Source: Tubiluchus corallicola (lineage: Eukaryota > Animalia > Priapulida). From it: a stretch of 64,000 bases of DNA. Below are positions 11,205 to 23,776 of this stretch, one piece after another. The stretch covers positions 4,296-68,295 of the forward strand of contig JAQGDQ010001039.1 of the NCBI GenBank assembly GCA_030141605.1. Direction: 5' to 3'. Every line of letters starts with the position of its first letter. Position 1 is the first letter of the stretch. Under the pieces are notes generated by a model. The model saw only the letters and a program-made list of their open reading frames with translations. It searched no databases and was not told the DNA's origin. The position numbers and the translations under genes were made by a program.

Positions 11205-11730
11205 ACGTGTAAATTTAAACTCCCGCAATGACCGTTAGGCACAGCCATTTCAATGGTAGGTCATTTGAGACAAGTTTTGATAACATTAAGTAAAGGTTGA
11301 AAAAATAATCAGAGTGTTCGTAGCACACATCTTGCTAACTAAGTAAAATTTTAAATTACTGTGTCTTTTCGTCAAAATTAAAAATATCTTTTTGACTAGT
11401 GAGTGGCGCGCCCTGGAGGGAGAGTCAGCGACATTTTACCAATTGGCACAAACATTTTAAATTATTAGTCTAGTTACATAAGTCTTTCCAGCAGATAAGT
11501 GAAATGCTAAGTAATATAGATTTGCATGGAAAGATCTTGGGACATAATTTAACATTTCCTTTTCTTCTCCTAATTTATGTGGCGTAGTGAGTAGTATTGG
11601 AACAGTATTGCAAGAGATTTAAAATGAAGGCAAAAAAACGATGTACGTATAAAAATCCGGCAAAGTAATGTAATTTTCAAGACGATTTTTCTATAACCTA
11701 CTTCAGGTACCCCTTTTCTTGACCTTTTAA
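11205..11730. mobile_element. Dispersed repeat (TTAA-AGG-ended DNA transposon remnant); inverted copy at 39850-40420
   Basis: Reverse complement aligns with 39850-40420 (e.g. CCCTGGAGGGAGAGTCAG vs CTGACTCACCCTCCAGGG); one end is TTAA|AGGACAAGAAAAGGG. Confidence 0.7.
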
Positions 11731-11966
11731 ACCAACTTCCCCTCGCCAAGGAAATAAGCCATTACACATGCGCACGTGCATTCGTCAGATAACATAACAA
11801 AATCGCTGATTCAATCTAGTCATTTAATCTAGGATATTACATATTTCCGTACAGACAGTAATGTGCATTTTATACTGTCTGCAGTACGATTTTCTACAAC
11901 TGAGTAAAATAGTTTCCAGCAATAATTTAGCTGTTCCTGTGTGAAGTTAGTCTAGACTTTCTTTCT

Positions 11967-13648
11967 TTATTCGTTGTCTACTGATCGACTGTCTAGCCTT
12001 TCATAGTCTGTGTCTGATTCTTCCTCGTCCTGTTTTCTTTGTGATTCTTCTTGCTCGTTTAACCACGTTGAAGATACCACAGCAGGTTGTATTTGCATTC
12101 GTCGTAGATGAAGTGTAGTTAAGCCTGTTATCAAAATAATGATGTATAGAAAAGCCATAGTGATACCAAGTATTCCAAATATGTTCAGCGATGCCTTTTG
12201 GGTTTTAATTTCATCAGCTTTTAAGTAACCTGATGGACGAATGCAGATTTTGCCACAAGATTCGTACTCACAGCATTTTTCAATTCCACCACAATCATTA
12301 TCCTTGCTACAAGACGCAGTTAGACATTTGCTTTTATCAAGTTTCTCCTTTCTGGGACATACTCTTTCCTTAATCAGTATGTTGCAATTTTCACCAGAAA
12401 ATGGTTCGCGACATTTACATCTGTAAATGCCGTCTTCACTAGTGCATGTTCCACTGTACAGACATGGAAAAGAAGTACACGGATTAGATAAGTGGCAATT
12501 GGTACCTTGATATCCTTGTACACATGAACAAATGTATGCCTCAGTCATATATGCTTTAATACACGTTCCACCATTCTGACATGGATTTGAAGAGCAAGGA
12601 TCAAATACGTTACAATTACCTCCAATGTATCCTTGAGCACAAGAGCACATATATGTGTTCGTTGAATTTTTGCTTGAACCACCATTCAGAGATGGATTAG
12701 AAGAGCAAGGATGAAATACGTTACAATTACTTCCAATATAAATTTGTGCACAAGTACAAATGTAAGAGACGGTTGTATTTTCACGCGAACCGCCATTCAG
12801 ACACGGGCTCGAAGAGCACGGTTCAAATGTATCACACTTAGTTTCTGTGTATCCTTCCGCACACATACATCTGTATGTAGGCGCGTATCCAGGCGTGTAG
12901 CTATTTATACACGATGCACCATTCTGACATGGCTTTGAAGCACAAGGAATGGTCATATCGCTATAATAATGACCACTCACTGCACTGAAACTGGGGCAAT
13001 TGAAATCATCATAATAATTATTGCACATTTCAGATTCTTGACAGGGCAATGAGAGACAAACTTCTCGACACTGTATAGAGTCTCTCTCGCATCTGCAGCC
13101 GTCGTAAGGAAATGGTGCCTTACGTCTTTGAACACAATGTCTAGAATTTTCTCTACAATCAGCACATGTACTAGAGAGTTGCTGAACTTGGACCACCAGT
13201 TCAAAAACAGGATTTGTTCCTGATTGCAGTCCATATCTTCTGAAGTTCAAACATAGCGCTGTCAGTTCAGATTGTCCAATGGGAAACCATCTCTTGTTAC
13301 ACAGTTTTCTTGCATTCTTGAAAGATGCAAAACTCGTCGAATACACGCTTACATAGTTGGCATCACACGGAAGATCAGCACTCAGCAAACGAAAGTACAA
13401 GTCTTGCTCGGGTCACTAACGTTTCTTATGAAACATGATTGTCTCAAGACCAAATTTGAATCAATGTCTTTATAAAAGAGTATGTCAGCTATAAGAGAAA
13501 CGTTTTGAACAGGTCGTAATTGTGGACTATCAGTTCTATAGGGATACATTGTCATAACGTTATTTGGAACATTAACATTCAATTCTCTACTAGTATTTAT
13601 CCTACTGGAAGAAAAAAGCAAAAGCACCAGAACTAATGTTTCCTCCAT
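11967..13648 (-). pseudogene. Divergent EGF-WAP-TM paralog B with a 1-bp frameshift near 13410-13412 (pseudogene or assembly error)
   Basis: ORFs 13382-13648 and 11967-13400 join as ...VSDP-EQDLYFRLL... if one C is restored, matching ISDPQQAIFFGL of paralog A. Several EGF units lack cysteines; WAP, TM and ESDTDYE tail retained. Confidence 0.8.
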
Positions 13649-14157
13649 TTTTGCTGTCAGTTATTTTAGAGATTATCTTAAATGAATCACATTTTCCTGC
13701 TGACTAATGAAAGTGGACAAAAAAACTTAAAACAGCGATTAGAAGGGCTAATGTTTGTGATAGAGCTCTGCAAGAGAGAAAGTTAGATAATTGCGCTATT
13801 TAAGATATGAATTTACAAACAAAATTGTGCAATTTAAAATTTACATTGTGTCAAAACGTGGAATATATTGTTAGGCTGTTGTTTGGAATGCCGTGGAGAG
13901 TTTGAAATCATGCAATGCAATATCCAAGGTTCTCCTACTCCAAAAATGAGCATAATGACAGACATTGAACAAGCAAAGTAAGTTTTAACATTTATAAGCT
14001 TCGGACACCTGATTACAGAAGACAGAAAAATGATCAAGAAATCATTTATCATCAGTTGCAAGAAGTAGTAGAAAAAGAAGATAAAGAAGAAGGACAAAAG
14101 AAAGAATTGTTCCATGCCTATCAGATCGGGCTTAAACCGTGCTGTATCTATATTGGT

Positions 14158-14683
14158 GTCTATCACGTTGAAAACACCGGTTCTCGTCTGATCACCGAAG
14201 TTAAGCAACCTAGAACCTGGTTAGCATTTGGAGGGTGACCGCCTAGGAATACCAGGTGCTGTAGGCTTGCGGGGTGCCCAAACTGTATCTTGACACTAGG
14301 CGAAGGAGTTGCACAAGCAGCCAACGGCTAGATGGCGGAGGAGGTCAAGTGACCCATGTGCAGGAGTGGAGCCCCGAACGCGGACCAGTGCAGCATGCTC
14401 ACTGACTCTGGCTGCTCCTGTAGCCAACCTGGTGTCAAACGTATCGCTCCACTTTCCTTTGGACTACACCAGGGAGGAAGAGAGGGGGTTCCTGTTGTCT
14501 GGTCAACTCATGTTCTCCATACACCTTGCCCAGGCGTGCGCCCTAGAGAGCCTACTCCAGTGGTTTAAGGATCGGATTGCTGAGCCACAGTCGACACTGC
14601 AGCTCCATCAATGTGATCAATAACTGACTCTCTTGACGCACACTCCATTGTCTTCCAAGACAGAAGGATATCAACAGCAACAA
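14158..14683 (+). mobile_element. 5S-rRNA-derived SINE (SINE3 type), near full length
   Basis: 14158-14268 reads as 5S rRNA (TCACGTTGAAAACACCGGTTCTCGTCTGATCACCGAAGTTAAGC...GGGTGACCGCCTAGGAATACCAGGTGCTGTAGGCTT), followed by a ~410-bp body shared with three other copies and a CAA-type tail. Confidence 0.9.
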
Positions 14684-15138
14684 TATTACGCTGTAAGGCA
14701 ATGTCAAGTCTACACAAATGCGCTGTCTTGCCGCACTTGACCTTTGACCTTTGACCCTTTCACAATCACCATCAATCGCGGGAACTGAGAAAAGGCTTGT
14801 TAGCTTTGTTGTTTCTTGGAGCTAAACATCAAATCACTTGCACTGCAGTTTGCTTTTGATACTAGCATTGTTATTCGTCGGGCTACATGGTTATCACCAA
14901 CTGAAGTAAAAGCACTAGCTAGCTAGGTGTTTTGCACGAACATTTTTAGCATACAGCAACAAATTTTGAACGTTTGTGTCGCGTCAGAATGTAATAAAGC
15001 ACCTATTTTGTAAAGAAATTAAGCAACCGACAGTGAATGAATTTTTGTAAATTATTGTAGTAGTGGTCAAAATTATTGGAATTTCTTCGATAATTCACTC
15101 ATATAAATTAGTATTCTTTAATAATTGCACATTGGAAT

Positions 15139-15372
15139 TTATTCGTTTCTTATGAAACATACTTGTCTCAAGACCAAATTTGAATCAATGTCTTTGTAAA
15201 TGAGTGTGTCAGCTATAAGAGAATCGTTTTGAACAGGGCGTAATTGTGGACTATAAGTTCTATAGGGATTCATTGTAATAACGTTATTTGGAACATTAAG
15301 ATTCAATTCTCTACGGGTATTTATCCTACTGGAAGAATAAAGCAAAAGCACCAGAACAAATGTTTCCTCCAT
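15139..15372 (-). pseudogene. 5' fragment of EGF-WAP paralog B (signal peptide and start of N-domain)
   Basis: 15143-15453 duplicates ~13425-13730; ORF ends after QVCFIRN. Confidence 0.8.
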
Positions 15373-15452
15373 TTTTGCTGTCAGTAATTTTAGAGATTAT
15401 CTTAAATGAACCACATTTTCCTGCTAACTAATGAAAGTGGACAAAAATACTT

Positions 15453-15786
15453 AAGGCGGTACCGTGATAAGAATGGCCATGAACTGATGTGTCAGTTTCT
15501 GAGGTCATATGACGTAGGACCCATTTTCGTGACATCATGCATTTAAACAGTACCGTAACACTTATACAAATGTGCGTGCCGTGCAAGGAAGACACCTGCC
15601 ATTGCACAAACTGCAGTTAGTTTCTGACGTAAGTAATAGCTGTGTTCGGTTGCCGTTAATTAATTTTCCAAGCTAATTATTTAAATATAAGAAACAATTG
15701 CTAACTTTTATAGGCAAGATAATGTATATTTTGGACAGTAAATTAAAATGAGATTGAGTCTAAACAATCGTCCGGCCTTCCTTTAA
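15453..15786. mobile_element. Kolobok-like MITE, 3' half only, at a duplication junction
   Basis: Matches ~5076-5406 and ends CGTCCGGCCTTCCT|TTAA. Confidence 0.7.
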
Positions 15787-16065
15787 GCGCTATAAAAGTT
15801 TCAAAATTTGAACCAAACATCCTTCGAGGACAAAATAAGTTGCTGCACTTGAAGCAATAACTGCTACATGGTTAGCCAGGTGACTTGACAAAAGCATTGG
15901 TTTAATCTTGTTTTATTCCAATTATTTTAAATCCGAATTTTTACAAATTTTCGTACATTGTGTAATTGTATGCAGGAGTCTTAAGTACAACGGCGTAAAA
16001 CAATTTTAAGGAGTAATTTAGCTGTTCCCGTGTAGCCATTAGGCTGTTAGTATGGATTTGGCTGT

Positions 16066-18576
16066 CTATACATCTTGGGAAGCTGGGCTTTCATAGTCTG
16101 TATCTGATTCTTCCTTTTCATCATCTTCTCCTGTTTGCGATTCTTCTTCTCTCTCCTCCTGTTCGTACGAACCAGATACTGACGTTGAAGATACCACGGC
16201 CGTTAGTTTTTGCATTCTTTGTTGACGAAGTATGGTTAAGCCAGTCAATATAATAATTACGTAGAGAAAAGCCATGGTGACAGCAAGAATTCCAACCGTG
16301 TCCAGTGAAGTCCTCTGGCGAGTATCGCCTCCGGTTTGTAAATAATCTGATGGAAGAATGCAGATTTTGCCACAAGATTCGTAATCACAGCATTTTTCAA
16401 TTCCACCACAGTCATTATCCTTGCTACAAGACTCAGTTAGACATTTGCTTTTATCAACTTTTTCCTTACTGGGACATACTCCTCCCTTAATCAGTATGTT
16501 GCAATTTTCACCAGAAAATAGTGCGAGACATTTACACCTGTAAATGCTGTCTTCACTAGTGCATGTTCCACTGTACAGACATGGGTATGAAGCGCAAGGG
16601 TCAGACATGTTGCAGTTGGCCCCTTGGTATCCTTGTGCACATGAACACGTATATGATTCTGTCGCATTTAAATTATTGCATGTTCCACCGTTTTGGCATG
16701 GATTTGAAGAACAGGGAACAAACGTTTCACAATTATCTCCAACATATCCTTCTTCGCAAGAACATGCATACGAGTTGGTCATATTTGTGCATGTTCCACC
16801 GTTCTGGCATGGGTTTGAAGAACAGGGAACAAACGCTTCACAATTATCTCCAACATATCCTTCTTCACAAGAACATGCATACGAGTTGGTCATATTTGTG
16901 CATGTTCCACCGTTCTGGCATGAATTTGACGAACAAGGATCAAATGTCTCACAATTATCATCAACATATCCTTCTTCACAAGAGCATGTGTATTTGTCCT
17001 GCACATTTGTGCATGATCCACCATTCTGACATGGATTTGAAGAACAGGTGTCAAATGTTTCACAATTACCTCCAACATATCCTTCTTCACAAGAGCACGT
17101 GTATGTGTCCGGCATATTTGTGCATGTTCCACCATTCTGACATGAATTTGAAGAACAGGGGTCAAATGTCTCACAATTATCACCAACATATCCTTCTTCA
17201 CAAGAGCATGTGTATTTGTCCTGCATATTTGTGCATGTTCCACCATTCTGACATGAATTTGAAGAACAGGGGTCAAATGTCTCACAATTATCTCCAACAT
17301 ATCCTTCTTCACAAGAGCAGGTGTATTTGTCCAGCATATTTGTGCATGTTCCACCACTCTGACATGGATTTGACGAACAGGGGTCAAATGTTTCACAATT
17401 ATCTCCAACATATCCTTCTTCACAAGAGCATGTGTATTTGTCCTGTAAATTTGTGCACGTTCCACCACTTTGACATGGATTTGAAGAACAGGGGTCAAAT
17501 GTTTCGCAATTATATCCAACATATCCTTTTTCACAAGAGCATGTGTATTTGTCCGGCATATTTGTGCATGATCCACCATTCTGACATGGATTTGAAGAAC
17601 AGGGGTCAAATGTCTCGCAATTATATCCAACATATCCTTCTTCACAAGAGCAGGTGTATTTGTCCGGCATATTTGTGCACGATCCACCATTCTGACATGG
17701 ATTTGAAGAACAGGGGTCAAATGTCTCGCAATTATATCCAACATATCCTTCTTCACAAGAGCAGGTGTATTTGTCTGGCATATTTGCGCATGTTCCGCCA
17801 TTCTGACATGGAGTCGAAGAGCAAGGATCAAATGTGCTGCACAACTCGCCAACATAACCAGCTGGGCAGGTACAATTAAAAGCACTGTAGTAATTATGAC
17901 ATGTTCCAGAGTTCTGACATGGGATAGAGAAGCAAGGATTTCTTCGGTCGTCACAGACTGGTCCAATCCATTGTATGACGCTTCGGTTGCAGCTGCATTT
18001 ATAGTACGGAAAATCGGTCTCGTATTGATATATGCATTGGGCAATGTTGTCTCCACATTCTGCACAGGACGATGGAGGATGACGGACTTCGATTAGTACC
18101 TCAACAGCAGGATTTGTTGCTGCTTCATTTCTTTCAAAGGAAACACATAGTGTTGGATAATTAATTGATGTCTTTATTGAAACTTGATACCAGCTTACGT
18201 ATTTGTTACAAAAATTACCAGATGCCCTTTTCTTACCTGATGTTAAATTTGCCGAATATATGTATACTGAGTCGTCATTGCCGCATGGAAGGTCCATGTT
18301 CCGCAAACCAAAGAATATCGCTTGCTGGGGGTCAGTGATATCTTTTGTAACACACACTTCTCGTAGGAGCGAGTTGGACCCGTTGTCATTGTACTGCATC
18401 GGTTCAGCTACAATAGATACGTTTTGAGCTGGAAGTTCCTCTCGATAGTTTTGATTTCCACCTTTATATGGATACAATACTTTAAAATTATTTGGATATT
18501 TTACATTCCAGGGTCTAGTGCTTAAAGTGCTTTTAAAAAGATACAACAAAAATAGCGATACAAACAATTTCTTCAT
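16066..18576 (-). CDS. Intronless EGF-WAP-TM protein with 13 EGF repeats (paralog A')
   Basis: 836-aa ORF; N- and C-terminal regions nearly identical to paralog A; 481 aa shorter = 13 x 37. Confidence 0.93.
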   Translation of the reverse strand: MKKLFVSLFLLYLFKSTLSTRPWNVKYPNNFKVLYPYKGGNQNYREELPAQNVSIVAEPMQYNDNGSNSLLREVCVTKDITDPQQAIFFGLRNMDLPCGNDDSVYIYSANLTSGKKRASGNFCNKYVSWYQVSIKTSINYPTLCVSFERNEAATNPAVEVLIEVRHPPSSCAECGDNIAQCIYQYETDFPYYKCSCNRSVIQWIGPVCDDRRNPCFSIPCQNSGTCHNYYSAFNCTCPAGYVGELCSTFDPCSSTPCQNGGTCANMPDKYTCSCEEGYVGYNCETFDPCSSNPCQNGGSCTNMPDKYTCSCEEGYVGYNCETFDPCSSNPCQNGGSCTNMPDKYTCSCEKGYVGYNCETFDPCSSNPCQSGGTCTNLQDKYTCSCEEGYVGDNCETFDPCSSNPCQSGGTCTNMLDKYTCSCEEGYVGDNCETFDPCSSNSCQNGGTCTNMQDKYTCSCEEGYVGDNCETFDPCSSNSCQNGGTCTNMPDTYTCSCEEGYVGGNCETFDTCSSNPCQNGGSCTNVQDKYTCSCEEGYVDDNCETFDPCSSNSCQNGGTCTNMTNSYACSCEEGYVGDNCEAFVPCSSNPCQNGGTCTNMTNSYACSCEEGYVGDNCETFVPCSSNPCQNGGTCNNLNATESYTCSCAQGYQGANCNMSDPCASYPCLYSGTCTSEDSIYRCKCLALFSGENCNILIKGGVCPSKEKVDKSKCLTESCSKDNDCGGIEKCCDYESCGKICILPSDYLQTGGDTRQRTSLDTVGILAVTMAFLYVIIILTGLTILRQQRMQKLTAVVSSTSVSGSYEQEEREEESQTGEDDEKEESDTDYESPASQDV

Positions 18577-19437
18577 TTTGCTACCATTTAATCTAAATGT
18601 ACCATTTAGAACATCTAATTCTAAATGAATTACATCATTCTTTTAGCTATTCGAAATTGTTAAATTAAAAGATAATAAGTAGCAACAATGAACTTTCCAG
18701 TAAAAAACTCGTTCGAATCGAATTCGAAAGCCCCAAATTCACTATGAAGGTTACGCTATTTCTCCCGTGTACTGCGAGCCCTGATTATCTGACTGTATCT
18801 GAAATAGATTCTGAAATAGCTTAAATGTGGGTACAAGGGATGTAACCTATAAAGGTAGAATTAGAAATTCTCTTATTGTGAAAGCTCCCCTTGGCCTTGA
18901 CAATGCAAGTTCTGAGATTATGTGGTGCGAAATTTCATTGCTGTATATATATGTACAAGCACTGTATAACAAACGTATTTTATGTATGTTATAGAAGCGG
19001 TAGACTCGTTTCCCTGAAAGGATTTTTCCCAAAAGTATTTTGCCATAAGATTTTTTGCCAGACAAATTTACTTCCCAGAAAAGATTTATGTGACCTCCAA
19101 TCAATTATGCTATTTTAATATAGCTCTATGTAAATTAAACATACACTGTGGTCGTCTCTTCTCCTCTTTTCCTTCTTCCTATCCCTAATCTTACTATTTT
19201 TTTCTAGTCCATCATGTCTACTAACCCTAACAATTCTTTCATTCATTCATTTCTGCCTCCCTAACAAGCCAAGCCTTCAAGATGTCTTACAGCAACTCTT
19301 TTATTTGGTTAATTTGACTTCATCAGCGTTTTTTTTACCTATACTGTTTCTTTTTGTTTCAATAATATTGTATGTTGATGTATCGTATACGTATTGCTGG
19401 AGTGAAATAAATTGATTGATAAGAAATTTTACCTTAA

Positions 19438-19625
19438 CCCTTTCATACCCGTTGTATCCCATGGGATACGAGAATATTTTCTCCCGTGTATCCCGTGGGG
19501 TACAGGCTATATTTAGCACACAGGTAGAAAAAAATAATTATTATGTGTAAACAAGATGGACATACTGTACAAAAGTACCAAGCCAAATTTTTTTCTTATT
19601 AAAAAATAGTTTGGGACCGAAAGGG
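19438..19625. mobile_element. piggyBac-type MITE, 188 bp
   Basis: TTAA|CCCTTTCATACCC ... GGGACCGAAAGGG|TTAA. Confidence 0.8.
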
Positions 19626-20361
19626 TTAATTCAGCATCCTAATAACTGCTCAGGAATGAAAAAACAAAGGAAAAATGAAAACAGCTTGAGGAAACTGCTT
19701 TAACTACAGTTACTAAAACTCGTGCATTTATTTTAGCATCCAAAACGCTTTTTCATTTTTAAATGTCTTCAATAACCCAAGCATTAAAGGGCGCCAAATG
19801 TAAGCTAATAGGAAATACTAGATTCACTGGAGATACAAATGTGGGGATAATTCTTAATGTCAATATAAAAAATACAGTTTTTTAAATAATTATTATAATA
19901 ATAAATCTCTATTAAAGAAATGAACATATGTACAAAAAGGTGCCTCTTTTTGCAGGCTCAGATCAACATTTTACATTTTCATATAACAAATATTTTAAAT
20001 ATTTCCAGCTTCACACTATGTACAATGAATAACTGAAATTAGGTTCAACTTCAAATGATTCACAAGTATTATACACACAAATTAACCGTACACACCTACA
20101 TAATTTATTTTTGTATACTCGAGCGGGCCTAAATTAACAATTACTTAGTATAAAATTATCTCTGATCAGGTTAGTGAAAGCCATTAATAAATTTTTATCG
20201 ATTGAAGCATAATATTTCGTGTATAATTGGCATCAGCTATTTCTATGAAACGCATTCTTTTTGTATTACCTACTTTATTGCATCTGAATAAGATGTGCTG
20301 AGGAGTTTGCTCTTCTTCTCCACATGGACATTAAGTCCATGCAAAATATGTGTGATACTAC

Positions 20362-20858
20362 AGGTTTTACATGTCAAATGTAGACCTGCGTTAACTCAAA
20401 TGTAGATTTAGGTAATTCAAATGTGTCTTAGTAACTCAATGTAGACTTAGGTAGTTCAAATGTGTTAACAATGGCTTTCAAGAAATCTTAAGCGCTTTTG
20501 GTAAGTCAAATGTAGACACATGTCAAGTCAAATGTGACATTTGTATCTCAAATGTGGGATAGGTGTTGAAGTTTAAGGATGTAAAATTTAATCTTCTTTA
20601 ATTTCAATTTAATAATTGATCCTAAGTTAAAATAACAACGTTATAGGCCTACAAATAGATGCACTATCTTTGGTTTATCTTTTTCTAATTTGCACTTAAA
20701 TAACTTAATTACCGATTTATTTAAAGTAATGCATCTACATTTGACTTACCTAAGTCACATTTGAGTTACCAAAACACATTCGAAATTCCCATGTCTACAT
20801 TTGACTTACCTAAGTCACATTTGAACTCTCCTGTGTCCACATTTGAGGTGTAAAACCT
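20362..20858. mobile_element. Foldback-like MITE with AGGTTTTACA termini and AAATGT subterminal repeats
   Basis: AGGTTTTACATGTCAAATGTAGAC ... CACATTTGAGGTGTAAAACCT; related copies at 1-110 (partial) and 31890-32098. Confidence 0.75.
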
Positions 20859-22507
20859 ATATTGTTATTTAAAGACAAGAATAGAAACACACTGCACAAT
20901 GGTTAAGTGAAACATTGTGTTTTTTTTCTTGTTTTTTCACAGCAAGATTTTTATTAATGATCATGGATGTGTTGGCGTAATCTAATCAGCTTCTTGGCAC
21001 GTTATAATAACATCCTTTCTGTTAAACACGCGTCTAGCGAGTAAAAAATCAATCAAGCGTGACCAGTAAGCCAGTTCTAAACACAACAGACAAAATGAAC
21101 AAAACCGAAACAGTAAGAAGCCAGGTAACCCACTACTGTTTACAGGTAAGCCTATAAACACAAACATGCAATTGGCTTCCACAATTACCTGTTTTGTAGG
21201 CGTTGCGAACGTCACATCACTATCATTATTGTCACCTGTTACTTTATTTACCTATACTCCATTAGCCAATAGAAGTGCCTCCATCTGCGACAATACCGAT
21301 CGCACGCTAGCGAGGCTTCCTTAAAAGGTGCCATCGAAAAAAGGGAAGGACGTGTTATCAGTGCTACTGTGAGATTCTGACTGTGAGACGACATTTGTTT
21401 GACGATTTTCTCGCCCATCGCAAATGATGTGAAAGGGGCTTTAAGTTATATGAGCTATTTCGATTTTGTCGCCATCAGAACGTCTGTTTGTGTGATTGTT
21501 GCAATATCAGTTCAGTTCATTTCGCAAAGCTTTTGTATTTAAAGTTCGACTTTTATTTTTAGCGCAAAAAGAATTCATTAGTGAAAGTATCGATTGTCAG
21601 TACAAACAGCTTTAGCGAGCATAAACATTTACAGGGAAATTCAGACATTGTAAAGAAAATGTGAGTGCTGTATGTACATACGAAATAACCTTTTTCAGTG
21701 TTTCGTTGTGCGCACGCGCAGTTGCTGCAGGTCAAAGGTTAAGTGTACCACAGCAACGCGTCTTAACTACAATCATCACGTGGCATGTGGGCAAAGCAAA
21801 ACATCAGTTCAGTAGTTTCGGTTGTCTTACGAGGATTTTACATAATTATGCATTAGTCTGTGTGTAGAATAATTTACTAGCAGAATCTTGCTTGGAATCA
21901 AGAAAACATTAATAGGTAAGGTTCTAGTAAGCTGTTAAAATTGTTACTATTACAGCAAAGCCCAGTTGAGTAACTTCAGTTTTTTAACGTGGACTTTGCT
22001 TAATTATGCATTAGTCTGTGTGGGATCTTACTTGGAAAAAAATAAAAATGAACTAGGTAAGGTTCTACAACTAGCATTCGTGCCTTTTCTAATTACTATC
22101 ACAATAGCATTGGCTACGAGGCGTTGTCAAGTGTACACTAATGCGCTGTCTAGTGCACTTAACCTTTGACCTTTTCACGATCATCATCAATCGCTGTGAA
22201 AACTCTTATTGCCGTGTGAGAATTTCTACTTCATTTTGTGGACGAATACAGTTATCGAGTGTTGCGCCGTTCTGCATTTTTTTGCTATTTTATTGATTTT
22301 TGGTTTCATTTTTCGTTAAACAGACTTGCATATACAGAATATCAGCTTAACTCAAAAGTAAGAGTGGCAACACACGCGATACTGATCATCACAAATTAGC
22401 AGCGATTAATTAACCTGAAAAATATCAGTGTTTGCAGTGATGGGTTTCGAACTCTCGACCTTATAATCTACTATTTACAGCACTGCTAAACTATTTGACC
22501 ACAGATA

Positions 22508-23710
22508 GTGATGTGTGCAAAGCAAGAATTACTAATCACGAATATGGCAAGAGAAACGACGAATGACAACCACGCGACATCAAACAATTTTCTTACGGCA
22601 ACGGAAACGGGTACTACTAGTGAAATGCCCCACGATGTGGTATCGCCAATGTTCACGTTTCCTAAAAATTCACCAATTCGTCCGTATATGGCGGACACCA
22701 GTTTATTCTGGACTTGGCACTTGTGGCGGAGTCTGGCGGACACTGCGCGCAACAAAGAGTTGCTTTTCCAGAAAACGCGAAGTGCAGATTACGGTGCAAA
22801 TTCAAGAAACTATGATGAAGTCAGCAGCGATGGTCAGAACAACAATTTCTCGCTTAAGGACGGCGATTTTTTATCACTCCAATCAGAAAAGGGGTGCAGA
22901 TCTGCTGGATTTGTGAACGAAACGAAGCTAGAAAGGTCACGTTCAGGTGAAAGGTCAACGTTTTTAACCCGGAACAATTTAGGGTTGAAAAGAACTTTCG
23001 AAAGAAAAACTATTAATGATATTGGTCGACATCATTGCGTCAGTGACGCTTATGTTAAACAAACACAGAAAAACGCCGATGCGCCTGACTATGACGAAGC
23101 TGAACAAAGTTGTAACCCTATAGTGGACGAACAAGTAGAATTTAGAACCAAAGGAGATCAATTTTCCACATACAATGAGTGTAGCAGCGGCACGGACGTG
23201 GAAAAGGTCCAGCATTGGCTAAACAACCGCTGTCCAGATGATCCAAGCAATGGAAACTTACAGCACAAGTTAAGCATAAGCAAATCCGGCCACCGTTTAT
23301 CGGCCTTCCGACCGTACGTGCCCCCTGTGACGTCACGTCGACGTCATCGGGTAACCAGCAGAGCTAAATCCGTTGTAAACGTTGGTTATATTACACGAAA
23401 CTTTCAGAACATCTACCCGTGCTCAACACCCAAGGGAGATACCGAGCGACCCGAACACTCGAATCAAGGTCACAGATGTGTCAGAGATTCTAAGAACGTC
23501 TTAAAGCACAAGAACCACAGCCCGACCAAAAGGTTCGAAAGCGACAAAAAGATGCGTCCGAGAAGCGAACTTGTTAATGGCAAAGTTTCGGCTAAAATCA
23601 AGGCGCTTTTGACGAAGGAGAGAAAGAGGACTCTGCTAACTGTAGTTGGGTATGAGGCAGTGATCAGGTACATCCTAGAGCAAAAGCATTTGTTACGTAG
23701 CTTCAACTGA
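22508..23710 (+). CDS. Uncharacterised intronless 400-aa protein, copy 2
   Basis: Paralog of 1595-2767 with an extra QNNNFSLKDG. Confidence 0.6.
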   Translation: MMCAKQELLITNMARETTNDNHATSNNFLTATETGTTSEMPHDVVSPMFTFPKNSPIRPYMADTSLFWTWHLWRSLADTARNKELLFQKTRSADYGANSRNYDEVSSDGQNNNFSLKDGDFLSLQSEKGCRSAGFVNETKLERSRSGERSTFLTRNNLGLKRTFERKTINDIGRHHCVSDAYVKQTQKNADAPDYDEAEQSCNPIVDEQVEFRTKGDQFSTYNECSSGTDVEKVQHWLNNRCPDDPSNGNLQHKLSISKSGHRLSAFRPYVPPVTSRRRHRVTSRAKSVVNVGYITRNFQNIYPCSTPKGDTERPEHSNQGHRCVRDSKNVLKHKNHSPTKRFESDKKMRPRSELVNGKVSAKIKALLTKERKRTLLTVVGYEAVIRYILEQKHLLRSFN

Positions 23711-23776
23711 TGGATATGAAGAAGGAGAGAAAGAGGACTCTGCTAACTGTAGTTGGGTATGAGGCACATGCTAGAG

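Larger units (their letters stand above)
15453..18760 (+). repeat. Segmental duplication of ~5076-9800 (EGF gene with flanks)
   Basis: Flanks and non-repeat coding parts nearly identical; length difference lies in the EGF array. Confidence 0.9.

Noticed and set aside
14158-14268. Functional 5S rRNA gene
   Set aside because: 5' deletion, no T-run terminator, and fused to a body shared with 5'-truncated tailed copies; better explained as a SINE head.
14738-14760. Nuclear-receptor DR1 element TGACCTTTGACCT (also ~61535)
   Set aside because: Short motif inside repeated sequence; function cannot be supported from sequence alone.
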